From assembly GCA_043228905.1 (NCBI GenBank), contig JBHGNT010000003.1, forward strand, positions 14,012,001 through 14,076,000: a stretch of 64,000 nt of DNA, in the 5' to 3' direction. This document shows, in pieces, positions 25,097 to 43,271 of the stretch (its first letter is position 1; every line of letters starts with the position of its first letter). The position numbers and the translations under genes are program-made. The DNA is from Azolla caroliniana (taxonomy: Eukaryota > Plantae > Polypodiophyta). Under the pieces are notes generated by a model that did not search any database, had not been told where the DNA came from, and saw only the letters and a program-made list of their open reading frames with translations.

Positions 25097-26752
25097 ACGT
25101 AAGTCTACAAAACCTATTGTGTGGAATGCTACACTAGACCTCGCCTTTAAGGAAATCAAGGACCTAGTGTGCAAGGCTCCTTCGCTTCTTTTACCCGATC
25201 CTTCAAAACCTTTTGAAGTTGAAACCGATGCAAGCGATTATGCTATAGGTGTTGTCTTATATCAAGACGGTAAACCAATAGCATTCGAGAGTAAGAAACT
25301 TGATTCTGCTCAATGTCAGTATACCATTTAAGAAAAGGAATTACTTGCAGTTATACATGCGCTCAAAACATGGCGCCATTATCTTTATGGAAATCGTTTC
25401 GTGGTAACTACGGACAATGAGTCCTTGAAATATTTTTGTGACCAACAATCGTAAGACACGATGGGTTGATCTCATCTAGGGCTTTGATTTTTCCATACGA
25501 TATCGTAAAGGTTCAATGAACATTGTCTCTGAAGCACTAAGTCGCATCTGTGAAGTTAACATGCTTAACTTCACTGAAATAACATCAGATCTTTATGATC
25601 ACCTTCGAGGAAAGTATCCTCATGACAATTATTTTGTGAAATACTGGGCAAGAGTTGAGTTTGGAAAAGACACCACCACATCCTTGAAGGAATCCTTCCA
25701 CATTTCTAACAGTCTGCTCTACCGTAATGGGAAGGTTTGTGTTCGAGATTTGCCTGAGGTCAAAAAGAGAATTCTTTTTTACTGCCATGATGCACCCTCA
25801 GCAGGGCACCGTGGAATACATCGTACACTCGTTCTCATCTCCACTCAATTCTATTGTCCTAAGATGCGTCTTGACATACATAGCTATGTGACTAAATGTC
25901 ACCAATGTCAGGTTAACAAAGCCGAGCGACTTAAAGCCGCAAGACTTTTACATGCCTTGGACATTCCCAAGAATAAGTGGGAAACTATATCCATGGATTT
26001 TATTGTTAGCCTTCCTCGCACCCAAAAAGGCCATGATGCCATCTGGGTTGTGGTTGATAGGCTAACTAAAATGGCCAGATTTATTGCTACTAAAACCATG
26101 GTGACAGCTCCTGAATTGGTTTACCAATTCATTAACGAATTATTTCATTTTTATGGGTTACCGATAGATATAGTGAGTGATCGAGATCCAAAGTTTACTA
26201 CTAACTTCTGGACGCAAGTCTTTAAGAAGTTAGAAACTACATTGAGCATGAGTTCCACGGATCATCCTCAATCCGATGGACCGACAGAATGAGTAAATCA
26301 AATTATTGAGGACATGCTTTGAGCATACGTTAGTGCAAAACCAACAAAATGGGAACGTTATCTCCCAATTTTGGAGTTTGCTTATAACAGCTCCAAGCAT
26401 ACGTCGACGGGATATAGTCCTTTTATGTTGATGTATGGTTTTCCGCCACGAGCCCCGATTGATGTTAATATACATCATGATGAGTTGCGAAGTACGCAAA
26501 ACTTTCTTCGGGATATGCAAGAGATGTTGCATATTGCATGAGATAATATAAAAACAGCTCAAGATAGAGCACATTTTTACGCCGATCATAAAAGGCAACC
26601 TTGTGTATTCAACCTTGGACAGAAGGTATTTTTACGTGTATCTCACAATTCTAAGACATTGTCTACGGGTAAGTGCACTCAGTTACCGTAGTATTCTATA
26701 CACGTGGATAAGTGTGAGGGTTAAACGAGAGTGTAAAGAAGGGGAGGATTAC

Positions 26753-27095
26753 TTTTAATCCTCAGGATTAAGACAACCCATCAGGCCAAGTGTGAACTTG
26801 CATGGGGGCCTTGGGTATCACTATAAATATGAGGCCTAGCTACCCTCATTTCATCTTATCTTGACTATGTCGAGACTTTGTTTCGTGGTGGGTCAACTCT
26901 TGTAGCGAGTGCGCCAGCACCATGTATGACTCGACGCCACGGCGGTGGTATGGGACGCCGATCGAGGCTCGAGTCCGTCTTGATCCCTTCGCTCAGGGGT
27001 GGTCGGGTGGATCAACACCCTTCTTTTTCTCTCTCCTTTCCATCTATCTATCTTTTATCCTTATCATATGCTTACTTTAGATCATAACTCTAACA
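26753..27095 (+). repeat. LTR copy matching 3750-4094
   Basis: Colinear near-identity with 3750-4094; ends ...CTCTAACA. Confidence 0.85.
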
Positions 27096-27628
27096 ACTAA
27101 AAATTTCCAAGTCCATAATCCGCGATTATAAACTTCAAGCAAGCACCCATAAATACTAGTTAACCCAGAAGAAGATCAAAGAATTGCAATCACTGCTTAC
27201 TTATTTTATTCCTTAATTGTTTGTAGCTCTACAAAAAGTGAATTGCTAGCCACTCCAAAGCAAGCAATAAGATCTTCAATGCAGTGATATGTTTGTGAGT
27301 GAGAGTGAGTGTGTCTTTGTGTCTCCAACTTCCTCAATGACCATCAAGTCCCATGATTTAACTTTTTTGAAATATTCTCAAATGCGTATATTGAGATGCT
27401 TGCAATTTTCTACATGATTTGAAACACCCCATTAAAAAATGTTTGCATGATGGTCTATAGATCTTCTCAATTTGTGCATATGTTCGATGCACACGTGTCA
27501 CCGGTGCACCACGATGATAGACAATGGGGCTGAAAGGAGTGAGTGACATATGCCTGCCAATGGCATTGGGGGGTTTGGGCGGGCAGTCACTTCATATTCA
27601 TTCGTTTTTGACGGATTGAGCGAGTTGA

Positions 27629-27651
27629 GGGGGGGGGGGGGGGGGGGGGGG
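27629..27651 (+). repeat. Poly-G tract (23 nt)
   Basis: Read directly; lies ~700 bp upstream of the ATG at 28332. Confidence 0.95.
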
Positions 27652-28260
27652 AGGAGACACCTCGTTTTGATCGTAGAAGAAGAGAGAGTGAGTAATATAC
27701 ATATGTATATGTACTTACTTAACTAGTTAGTGTTGCTACATACATGTATGTATGTATGTATGTACACATTTGCCAGTTATTATGTAGAGGTCTACTACCT
27801 CTCTATACATATGTATGTATGTATATCTATCTATTTATATATCATTATATATGCTTTGCTTCTTCATGGGCCCGTCCGTCCGTCCGTTCACAATTACAAA
27901 GGCCAATCAATCAAATCCCAACCATACACAACAAACAACAAACAACAAACAACAACAAAGTGCCAAGTGCCAGATAAAAAAACAAGAGGAAGAAACGTGG
28001 GACCTCCTGAGTCCTCCTCCCTCCTCTTCTTCCTTCCTCTTCTCTCTCTCTGCACACGCACGCACGAAACCGTGGAAACCCAAATTTGGCGCACACACAC
28101 ATACACACAGAGACAGAGGGAGGCGCTTTTTTGCACAGTACCAGAATCCCGTCCTTCTGCTGCTCTGCTTCCAAAATTCAGCTCTGCAGAGAGTCAGTCG
28201 GCTTGCCCTCTCTCATGCTTCTTCATCCTCTTCGAGATATATATCTTTGTGTCATCGCTA

Positions 28261-28311
28261 AAGAAGACGAAGAAGAAGAAGAAGAAGAAGAAGAAGAAGA
28301 AGAAGAAGAAG
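28261..28311 (+). repeat. (AAG)n microsatellite in a probable 5' UTR
   Basis: Read directly; ends ~20 bp before the ATG at 28332. Confidence 0.95.
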
Positions 28312-28331
28312 GGATCGAGAAATAAGGAAGA

Positions 28332-30626
28332 ATGTCGGCGAAGAAAGGTGTTGGTATGCTTTTGAGTGCAACGAAGAGTGGCCTCTCTGCCCTCTCTGTC
28401 ACTGTAAATAAGGCGAGGAAGAGCTATGCCAACAAGCATGAAAGCAATGTTCTTGCAGAGTTCAAAAACAAAGGACTCAAGCCTGAAGACTATCTCTTTG
28501 AAGGTGTTTTTCTTGTCTCCCCAACTTTCTTACTGTTATATAGCTGGATTTGTGCTGCATTTCGTGCTTGCCTCAGTCATATCTATCCTTCTTAACAGTT
28601 TGTTTTGGCTGGAGCTTAGCTAACTTGTGCATTTTTGGCTGGGAACATAGATACATTCTTCCTTTTTGATGCTATTGCAGAAATTATTGTCTATAAGGAT
28701 AATTATGAGTGGGATTTTCTGGCATTTTCATACATTCTTATAGTTAGCAATACCAATCTTGGGTTGTGGATTATGAATTGTCAAAGCTATACGTTGGGAC
28801 GATATGTTAGCCTGCCCGATCTCAAATTAATGGCTTTCTATTGTCAGCTTTTTAAATCTTTGGGTTGTTGAAAGTGAATTCGTAAACTCCGTCGAGGGCC
28901 AATAAAAGGACTAACTGTCAACTATTCTTTCTCCAACATATGCATGTTTAGATCTTGGAAAATGAATCTGCAAATCCATTGTTTCTAAGCAAACTTCTTA
29001 GTGCGTATGATCTCAGCCTAAATTTTTCATGAATGCAACATTGGGCCATGGTCAGTTGAGTAATGAGTTCCTCTTTTGAGAAACAAACTAGATCTTTCCT
29101 GCCACCTAGATGTGTTCTACAGTGGTGCCCAATATCTTCTTCTTGATTTAATGAAAACCTAATGTGCTTCATTTGTTTCTAGTTCACTGAGAACTTGTGG
29201 ATAATTTTTACATGTATATAAATTGAAAAAAATGTTAAGTGATTCCAGTCCTTTTCCTATGTTTGGAAACAATGAACCATGTTTTTTCTCTCTCCGACTG
29301 TGCTACTACCGATGCACTGGATTCATTGCTTGAAACTTTGATTCACAAACTTAGTGTTGCAGAGCACAAGGTTTGCCACAAGAACAACATGCCTAGATAT
29401 TTAAAATTGATGCGTTTTTTAATTACTTGTGCTCTTTTTTAATTCTATAAGCAATTGTTCCCCAGATTAAACTAGTGAGAACTTCTAAAGTCTGAAGGCA
29501 TTATTTTCACATTATAATTTGTGGTTAAGCACGCAGTGCCATACTTAATACAATCCTTATGAATTATTACATCTGAGAGAGTTCTTATGGGATCTTTTGG
29601 AGCATGACAGCTCTGCAAAAGGTGTATTTTCTGTACATGGCTGGATACAAGCATGAAGTAGTTGCCACTGCTTTGCAGGCAGGAAAGCGCTTGGTAATCC
29701 ATTATATTTCTAGCTTAAGCTTTCTGCTTTTTGTGATAACATATTATGTATTGATTTCAACAGCTGTCTATATTTTTTCTCTCTTTGTAGACTGATACAG
29801 AGAAAAGTAGTATTCCACTCGATGTTGTCACGGCATTTGGGCATTCTGTGTGTGATGAATGCCTCAAATATGGAGATTTTGAGAAAGGAAAATTTCAACA
29901 AAGTATGCAGGACTTTTTAACAAAAGCCAGAACAGGAAAAGAGCACTTCGATCGGGATGCTCTAGTCCATGATGTTTACTATTCTGTACTTGTGACAGCT
30001 GAGGTAATAGTATAACATAATTGTAATTCCGTTTTTGCTTCTGATTTCTGTTCCAGTATATTCATTGCAATTTGAAAGATACACTATGTTGGCTATATTT
30101 ACACTTCATACATTAATTTGTTTGAAAGGAACAACATGCATTTTGGATATGTAACAGGTTAATGTGTATACTTAATAGAGTAATTGGTTGGGGAACAAAG
30201 TATTGCATATTGTTATTTAGGGGGCTGTTGTATATATTTAATACATTGATATGTATTTGATGCAGACAATCGGTACAGAGTGGCAAAATCTAGAACAGAT
30301 CTTTCGAGAGACTACTGCTCGTGTAATTGGAAGTTCTATTCATAGCACTGCAGATACAGCTGATTCACGGTATATGCATATATTTATTGTTTGTTGCTAC
30401 CCTAATGAAGAACGTAATCAGAGTTTACTTATTCTTCTTTCTTCTTCTTCTCTAGGAAAAAAGCAGCCAAGGCTTTGTTTTTGTTCACAACACAAATCAG
30501 GTCATGTGCTCAAGAATCTGAAATAAAAAAGCAGAAAGCACTGAGAGATGCTGAAACCTTACTCCAAAAGGAGCAAGAAAGACAGCGTGGTTCACAGTTG
30601 CCTCTACCAAAAGCATCAATTGAATG
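28332..30626 (+). CDS. Multi-exon gene of unknown function (~270+ aa, helical, charged C-terminus); possibly pseudogenised
   Basis: Phase-consistent exons 28332-28503, 29297 (or 29249)-29370, an uncertain exon 3 ending 29693, 29791-30003, 30266-30369, 30456-30626 (TGA). GT donors; good AG acceptors for exons 4-6; CT/AAG-rich leader upstream. Confidence 0.65.
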
Positions 30627-31428
30627 AACACTTTTCTGAAAGTTACTTGATTTAGTGTCTGATAATATTGAAACAGCTCTAGATACAAGGTTACAGTCTG
30701 TTTATATTTGTTATGCATGATTTCTTAAAAATGTCATTTTTACATGCTAAGCCATTTGTCTTCTGTTCTTGTTTTAATTCTCAATACCGGAATTAATTTT
30801 AAAGATTTGCTTCAGTTACTGAGAGAAGCTGTCAAAATTGCTGGCTGGTAGTATGTTTATGATGTTTTGTTACGGACTCTACTCTCACACAAATCGCTTA
30901 TACGCTTGTAAAGCCATTGGAAGGGATCAATTCTGAGAGTACACTTCAAATTAGGGAAGCCAATTTAAGGATGAGAGTTTGAATCTCGAGGAATGGCTTT
31001 AGAATTGTACTGATCATAACCCCAAAATTTATTCATAATAAGGTCATACCCACTAACAATTTGCTCTTAAACCAATGGGAAAATTTCCACTACACGGTGA
31101 CAAAAAATAATCATGTCGAAGTTAATGCCGAAAAAGCATTGCAGCACCAACATAACAATATTCTCTATCTCTAGGCCATCGACATCTATTTAAATAATCG
31201 TGTCTTGAGTCTATCTTTACTGAAAATAACAATGTATACAATCTTTCTATGGATTTGGTAGTATTTGTTGATGCATTATGAAGTTATAAGTCAAAAGTGC
31301 TTGTAGATGTGACTTCATGTTTTGTTTTAGGTGCAAATGCATATAGAAATTTTTATTAGACTCAAAAGTTAAAAAGAAGTATATTCAAAATTGTACGCAT
31401 TTAATTATTGGAAAGTAAAAACATAAAC

Positions 31429-33810
31429 TTTTTTTTTTCCAAAAAAACAACTCCCATTAGTATAAAATTTTACAAATGAGATTATTATATACAAATCCCT
31501 GTAGGGACATGATAGGTCCATCTTATGTGGATGCCCACCGACTCAATAAAGGGGGAGGACGACCATTGTTGGACGAAGGCTAGTTGTTGTCTTTCAACTC
31601 CATTGGAGTCGGCCTTGAGGCCATCATATTGGCTCTTTAGAGTAGCTACAACTTCACTCTCTTGCATTAACACTATTGGCTGCGCGGTTTGGTTGGAGAA
31701 GACCCGTCTACACCGTTATTTTCGTAGAATGCAAAGAGTTATTGGGCTGACCAATTCCAACATAACTTGAGATTTGGCATTGATAGGAGTTGGGTGGACA
31801 CTATCGATGGTGGAGAAAAAAACCTCTTGTGCTTTTATCACCAAAGTCATCCCCTCCTCCTGATGCTCATATATGTCAATTGGGGCCTGCCATGATAGCC
31901 AACATATATTTCCCCACTTGATTAAGCCTTGCACCTGACATAATTGCAATAAGCGGCCAACCCCATCCCATATTTGATGGGACTCGGGGTAGTCCCACAG
32001 AGCGTGTCAGATTGATTTTATTGCATTTGGGCATGCTACACAATTAGGAGAGCTAAGGTTCCCATGTTGCCATGCACCAACCGATAGTGAACTATGTATT
32101 AATAGCCATTGGAAAGTGGTGATTCGCCATGCGTGTTGTTGTTTCCAGATTTTCTGCCAAAACTTGGTGATAATTGTGTGAGGAACATGATATGTGTGCC
32201 ACACCTTTGCAACAGCCGGCTCTCGGGCAGTTTGAGCAGCTAGAATATGGCGACCCAATCTAGTTGTGAATTGAAAGAAAGGGATGGGTTTGCTTCCTTG
32301 CCTCGTCCCGCGTAAGGATCATGCCATATCCATTGTAAAGGGTCCCAACTGACCTTACGTAGCCATGTGTTTTCGTGAGTACATATGTGCCAATATGCTT
32401 GTACTTTGATAGGATCATGATCTACAATCCATTTATGCCTAGCCTAGTATACGCTAGTACTCGAACTGCCTTATTATGTGTTGGTGTCTCATTGTCTTGC
32501 AATTCAGAGCTTGTGATCCTGTCCAGTGTTTCCCTACCTCTTGGGATCAAAGAGCCCTCCTCCTCTTAGCCTATTCATTTCTCCATTGTCGTTCTTTGAT
32601 TAGCCGCTTCACTAGTTAGCAGAGCGTTAATGATTTAAGATATCATAGCCCATCCGCCCCAGATTCCATGGAGTATGTTGGCTTGGTCTTGTATTGGCAA
32701 TGACATAAACCGTCTCCAGCATTCTATACTTTTTCCTGAACCTTCCACAATGTATCCCCATGACAACCCCTTACTTGATCCAATTAGTTGATTCGATTCA
32801 TCTCTGATACATGGGTTCTGTAAGATACGTTGACTGAGCCAAGTAGGTTTAGAGTTAGGTTGATTGCACTTGAGCCCTTGTCTAATGTCACACCACGCCT
32901 TCCACATGGACGCACTGAATCTAACTCCAATTGGCGGGAGAAACTAGGTTTGAGATCCATGTTTAGAATCCATCCAGTTTGGGGCTCCCAATTGGCCCCT
33001 TTTTGTGGCTTAAAGTAAGCAAAATGTAACCGCAGTAGCATTTTCCAGCAATCATTCCCTGGTTGGAGTTCTCGCACCACAAATTTGGCGAGTAGGGCTT
33101 TTGATTGTGAGAGGGGATCAATAAGACCCAATCCTCTCGACTTAGGTGATGTGCGCCACCTTGGCCTGAGTGGCGTGATCTTCCTCACCAGACCAAATGT
33201 AGTTGCATACCAATCGCTGAATCTAGTGTATACTTTCCTTGGAGATTGTCCAACATGATAGGCTGTACCACGCTGTTGCGAGTAATACCTGGTTTGCCAC
33301 TATGATGCGCCCCGCTATCGAGGGTTTTTTCAAACTACAATGTATCAACTTTTGTTGAATGGAGTGAATAACTGGTGCAATCATAGTCTCCGGAGGTATG
33401 TTGAACCCAATTTGGAAACCCAAATATTTGGTGCTTGCTCCTTAATTGATCCATTTGAAAGTGGGATGGGGGTGCCACGCGGGATGTGCTTCATAAGATA
33501 GCCATATTGCATAGGATTTGTGGTAATTAATCATGGCATTGGATCTCTTACAAAATACTTCTAAACCACTTTCTAGCTTTTGTAGATTTTCCAAGTCCCC
33601 TTATAGGTAGATTGTGGTGTCATCTGCAAATTCTATATCCAGGAGTCTTTGGTGAGAATGCAACACACGAAGACCACGTAGGTTTTAGATGCCGCGAGTT
33701 GAGAAAGCTAGAGAGTGCTTCGGCGTATAATAGACATAAGGATGGAGCCAATGGGCATCCCTGTCGTACAGACCGCGATATTCAGAAGAAGGGGCCCCTT
33801 TCACCTGCTA
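31429..33810 (-). mobile_element. 5'-truncated L1-like LINE (C-terminal RT and zf-RVT), decayed
   Basis: SRSVRQGCPLAP, FADDTT, KYLGFQIG, GLGLIDP, FWQKIW..CVAC; poly(A) tail appears as the T-run at 31429-31438. Confidence 0.85.
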
Positions 33811-33917
33811 GTGAAACACAACTGCTGTGTTCCTATACAGAAAAATCTGGCATGTGGTGTTTGCTGCAGAGCAGATTGGTTAAGAAGAGGGAGAAGAGCA
33901 TCGCCCATTTGGAAGCT

Positions 33918-33919
33918 CT

Positions 33920-33979
<60 letters not shown>
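33918..33979 (+). repeat. (CT)n microsatellite
   Basis: Read directly. Confidence 0.95.
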
Positions 33980-33983
<4 letters not shown>

Positions 33984-34399
33984 GTTAAAAGCACATAGTT
34001 ATATTAACTGTATGTAAACTCCACTTAGTTACAACACTTCTTAATCTCCTTCCCTTGTTCATGGTGGTGGAGTTGAGTCGAGGTGTTCGAGATGACAAAA
34101 ACTGAGAGTGTGAGAATGCTAGTGCTCCTGAGCTCTTGGAAATCTTCAATGCAACAATGACAATGAGGAGATGACTTTCTGTTATATAGTAATTATTAAT
34201 TTTTTTTTTTTAACTACGGAAATTTTAACAGAAATTTTACTACTTTTTACCTCATTTGATCTAATCTACGCCAATCAAGATGTCCCCAACATCGAGTAAA
34301 ATTTCTCTATTTTCTGTTGAACCTTTTACATGATCTAATAACTCATTATTCTCAACTGAGGAATACAACCATTTAAATGTTAAAAGGTGCCAACATCAA

Positions 34400-35947
34400 G
34401 AGTCAAATGGTGATATTGGTGCTCAGGATTACTAATGATGTTGAACAAGATTACACTAACCAAATTGCCTGGGACTACACAGATTGGTTCAGACTCTTCA
34501 ACTATATCACCTAATGCGATGGGGCATCCATCAATGACTCTGACATGCACTGGGCTTGGGAGCTTATGCAACTAAATATTATGCATTACAACGAACTCAC
34601 GATCCATGAAACAAGAGTTGGTTCCAAAATCTAAGAGGGCAGAAACTGGGACTCGATGGGACCTTGATGTGTTAAGCTCAACTTGTGCAGAGAAAACTTG
34701 ACTAACTTGACCGGATGAAATGGAACTATGACTAGGGACAAACTCTATATTCCTAGGGTTGTCCAACCAAATGGCTCCAATTTTGGCCGGAGTTACTTGT
34801 TTAACACATCATCTAATTGTCTCAAGACATCAAATGTATTTTTATGACAAGGGCTACTAGGCCTACTTGGGTTACGAGGAGGCAGGGAAAAAATTAAAAT
34901 GGATTTTTCATGGGAACTTACTTCGTTAACTTGTCGTGGTGGTTTATGTGGACAATTCACAACAATATGTCCTAGAACACCACAATAGAGGCATAGACGA
35001 TTCACTCGACATCGTTGTTTTTCAGCATCCGATAATGGTCCTCGACGTCGTGTTGTCTCGATTTCCATTGGAGTAGGGCCTTCCACCAAATTGGACTTTG
35101 ATACTTAGGGTGGATTTGCGACCATCGAAGCATATGTTTTTGCTGGTCGGAAGCGTAACATTTGTTGGCGTTTAGAACGCCGCTCAAATAAGCGATTGTC
35201 ACATCGCACGACCCGGTTTATTGCTTCAGTAAGAGATTTTAGATCATCATGGAAGGTAAGAAGTAAATCCTTCACATTATTTCACATACTTTGATGAAAT
35301 TAGTCCATTAACATCGCCTCGTCCCATGGAATATCACATGCTAGAAGGAGAAAATTTGTAGCATAAGCGAAAGCAGGACGATCTCCTTGTCGTAATCGTC
35401 GAATTTTGTTTGTTGTGGTCCTCATACTATCGGTGTCTTGAAAGTTGGCTTGGAACTCTTTAATAAACCCTTCAAAATATTCTAATAATGGTGAGTTCTT
35501 CTCTAGGAGTGTTGCAAACCATGCTAATGCGGTACCTGTTAGCAAGGTACCAACTAGTCCCACGTGAGCAACATCAGTTGGGTAACGACTAGGATGCAAT
35601 TTAATCAGAAGCCATACCTGATTTAAAAATCTGCGAAATTGAGACCTTGTACCATCAAACTTGGCCGGTAGACTAATCTTTGGTTCTTTCGGCGAGGTTT
35701 GAACTTCTGCCGCTTGTCGTAAAAATAGAGTAGTTTCCAGTTGATGCACCTATTGATATAATTCTTCATATTGTTGTACTTTCTCAGTACTTAATTGTTG
35801 TAGGTCTCCTAGAAATCTTTGATTTTCTTGCTCTTGTGCCACACATTTGGTTGTTAGCATGTCCAACTCGGAGAGAACGTGCATATATTCTTGCGTGGTG
35901 ACGGACTCCATAGTGGATTTCATGGTGTGAACTATGGTGAAAGCCAA
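34400..35947 (-). pseudogene. Gag-protease fragment of a Tcn1-like Gypsy (relative of B)
   Basis: EPKISLPAKFDGTRSQF, TGTALAWF, PMEIET..RRGPLS, CLYCG..GH...C, ALLDFGTNSCFMD. Confidence 0.88.
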
Positions 35948-35949
35948 TC

Positions 35950-36720
35950 CATCAGTTCATAAAGGATTCGTTGTGGCCGTGTGCCAGACCGGGAAGTAAA
36001 CAAGTACTTTGTTGCCCTGGGAATAAGTTGGGGTAATTCGACCCACATTGTAGTGCCACTTCTAGCGTCTTTGTGCGACCTGCAAGTTTAGGGAGTTGGC
36101 TTGCCGAAGTAATGGGAGCATAGGTTGTGTTAGGATTTCGGTCCCTCCGGATGGGATATGAGAACCTGGAAAGGAAGACCCGGTGAGAACCGAATGATGA
36201 GTACCCAGCAAGGAAGACCCGGTTAGAACCAGATGATGAGTACCCGACAAGGAAGACCCCGTGAGAACCGGATGATGCAGGCAAGTATGGCACCATTCGC
36301 GTGGGCAAGTATGGAATGGACATTGATGGACGACTCTAGTGGGAGGCAAGGGTCGCACCCGTAGAGTGCCTAAATGGGGCTAATCTTGGTTGACGCCTAC
36401 ACTGATGTGTTGTAGGCATGGGTGACAAAGAATAATTTCATGCAGTGGATCAATATAAGTTATGATCTCTTGCTTGAGGGCCTTGTTGAGTCCTCTGGTG
36501 AGGCCATTTGTTTGTGGGTGGTATGGGGACATAAACACCTGTTGGACCCCTCGTTGAGTTGCGATGGCTTTAAGAGTTGGAGGGGGCAACCGTGTTGGAA
36601 AATCACCTTGTGTAACAATTGGGGTCGGATAGCGCGCAAGCTTCGATGCATTGGGCAATGAGGATGGCCTCATTGAACGTCTTGTGAGCTTGGTCCTGGG
36701 CACGATGCGTGATTTCATGA
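35950..36720 (-). mobile_element. Gypsy integrase remnant with a Copia-F-type LTR fragment (36128-~36280, + strand)
   Basis: QHGCP, SPYHPQTNGL..LNKALK; TGTTAGGATTTCGGTCCCTCCGGATGGG matches the start of the F LTR. Confidence 0.65.
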
Positions 36721-37029
36721 TGTAGATGGGTCACAAGAAGAAAAGCTTGACGTGCTCAGGCATAGTTGGATCAACACTAATCAATAGTTCATGTAATTGG
36801 GTCCAACAAATTGTCCCGTTGGTTTGTGTGCTTGTTGTTGCAACGCCTCGAGCTGTTGCAACACCATCTGTGTTGAATTCTAATGGGCAAAGTTTTACAC
36901 GAGGTGATCCCTGAGGATCGCCTAGTTCTCTTTCAATTGCTAGATTTGCTTGAATATGTTTAAGACAAGAAGAAGAAGAAGTTGGAGAAGAAGAAAAGAG
37001 ATTCGGTTCAAATTGTCGTGACTTGTGAG

Positions 37030-37032
<3 letters not shown>

Positions 37033-37099
<67 letters not shown>
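37033..37099 (+). repeat. (GA)n microsatellite
   Basis: Read directly. Confidence 0.95.
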
Positions 37100-37103
<4 letters not shown>

Positions 37104-37437
37104 AGATTTAGAATTAGAATTTTTATCATTCATAAAGAGGCCAATTTTGACCTATGGGACCAGAGTATACATATAATCTTGATACGTGTCTCCTTCCTAA
37201 GAAGGGGTATTCATACATTGAAGCACAACATCTCTATGTGTGAATAAAGCATACACATATGAGCTCAACCTTCTCGATGGTGTCTTAAGTATGACACTTA
37301 AGTTATCACTCCCTCTTAGTATGTCAACATATCTTGAACAAATTGCACTATATGTTGAGCATGTGAAGAGAAAGTGACATTCATCCTCTACCATGTCTTC
37401 ATTGCATACTTTGCATGTCTTCAAATTAGTTACATTT

Positions 37438-43271
<5,834 letters not shown>

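Larger units (their letters stand above)
5790..26670 (+). mobile_element. Gypsy element A (decayed gag-pol), interrupted by several insertions
   Basis: gag remnant 5790-6275 (GGKAATW*..PDTWTNF..FKGQF) continues after the TSD at 22411. RT 22496-24208 (YPLPR, GYHQI, MPFGL, FLDDIL), RNase H 25097-25500 (TDASDYAIG), integrase 25516-26670 (HDAP..GH, C..C, SMDF, SDRD, QSDG). Many stops; protease missing. Confidence 0.9.

Noticed and set aside
27730-28365. 211-aa ORF with poly-Lys
   Set aside because: Low-complexity promoter/5' UTR microsatellite sequence.
29466-29693. In-frame TGA/TAA stops repaired by U-to-C editing
   Set aside because: Such editing is established only for organellar transcripts; mutation or a different exon boundary is simpler.
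36731-36960. Short minus-strand ORF next to (GA)n
   Set aside because: No recognisable domain; it is extended artificially by the microsatellite.
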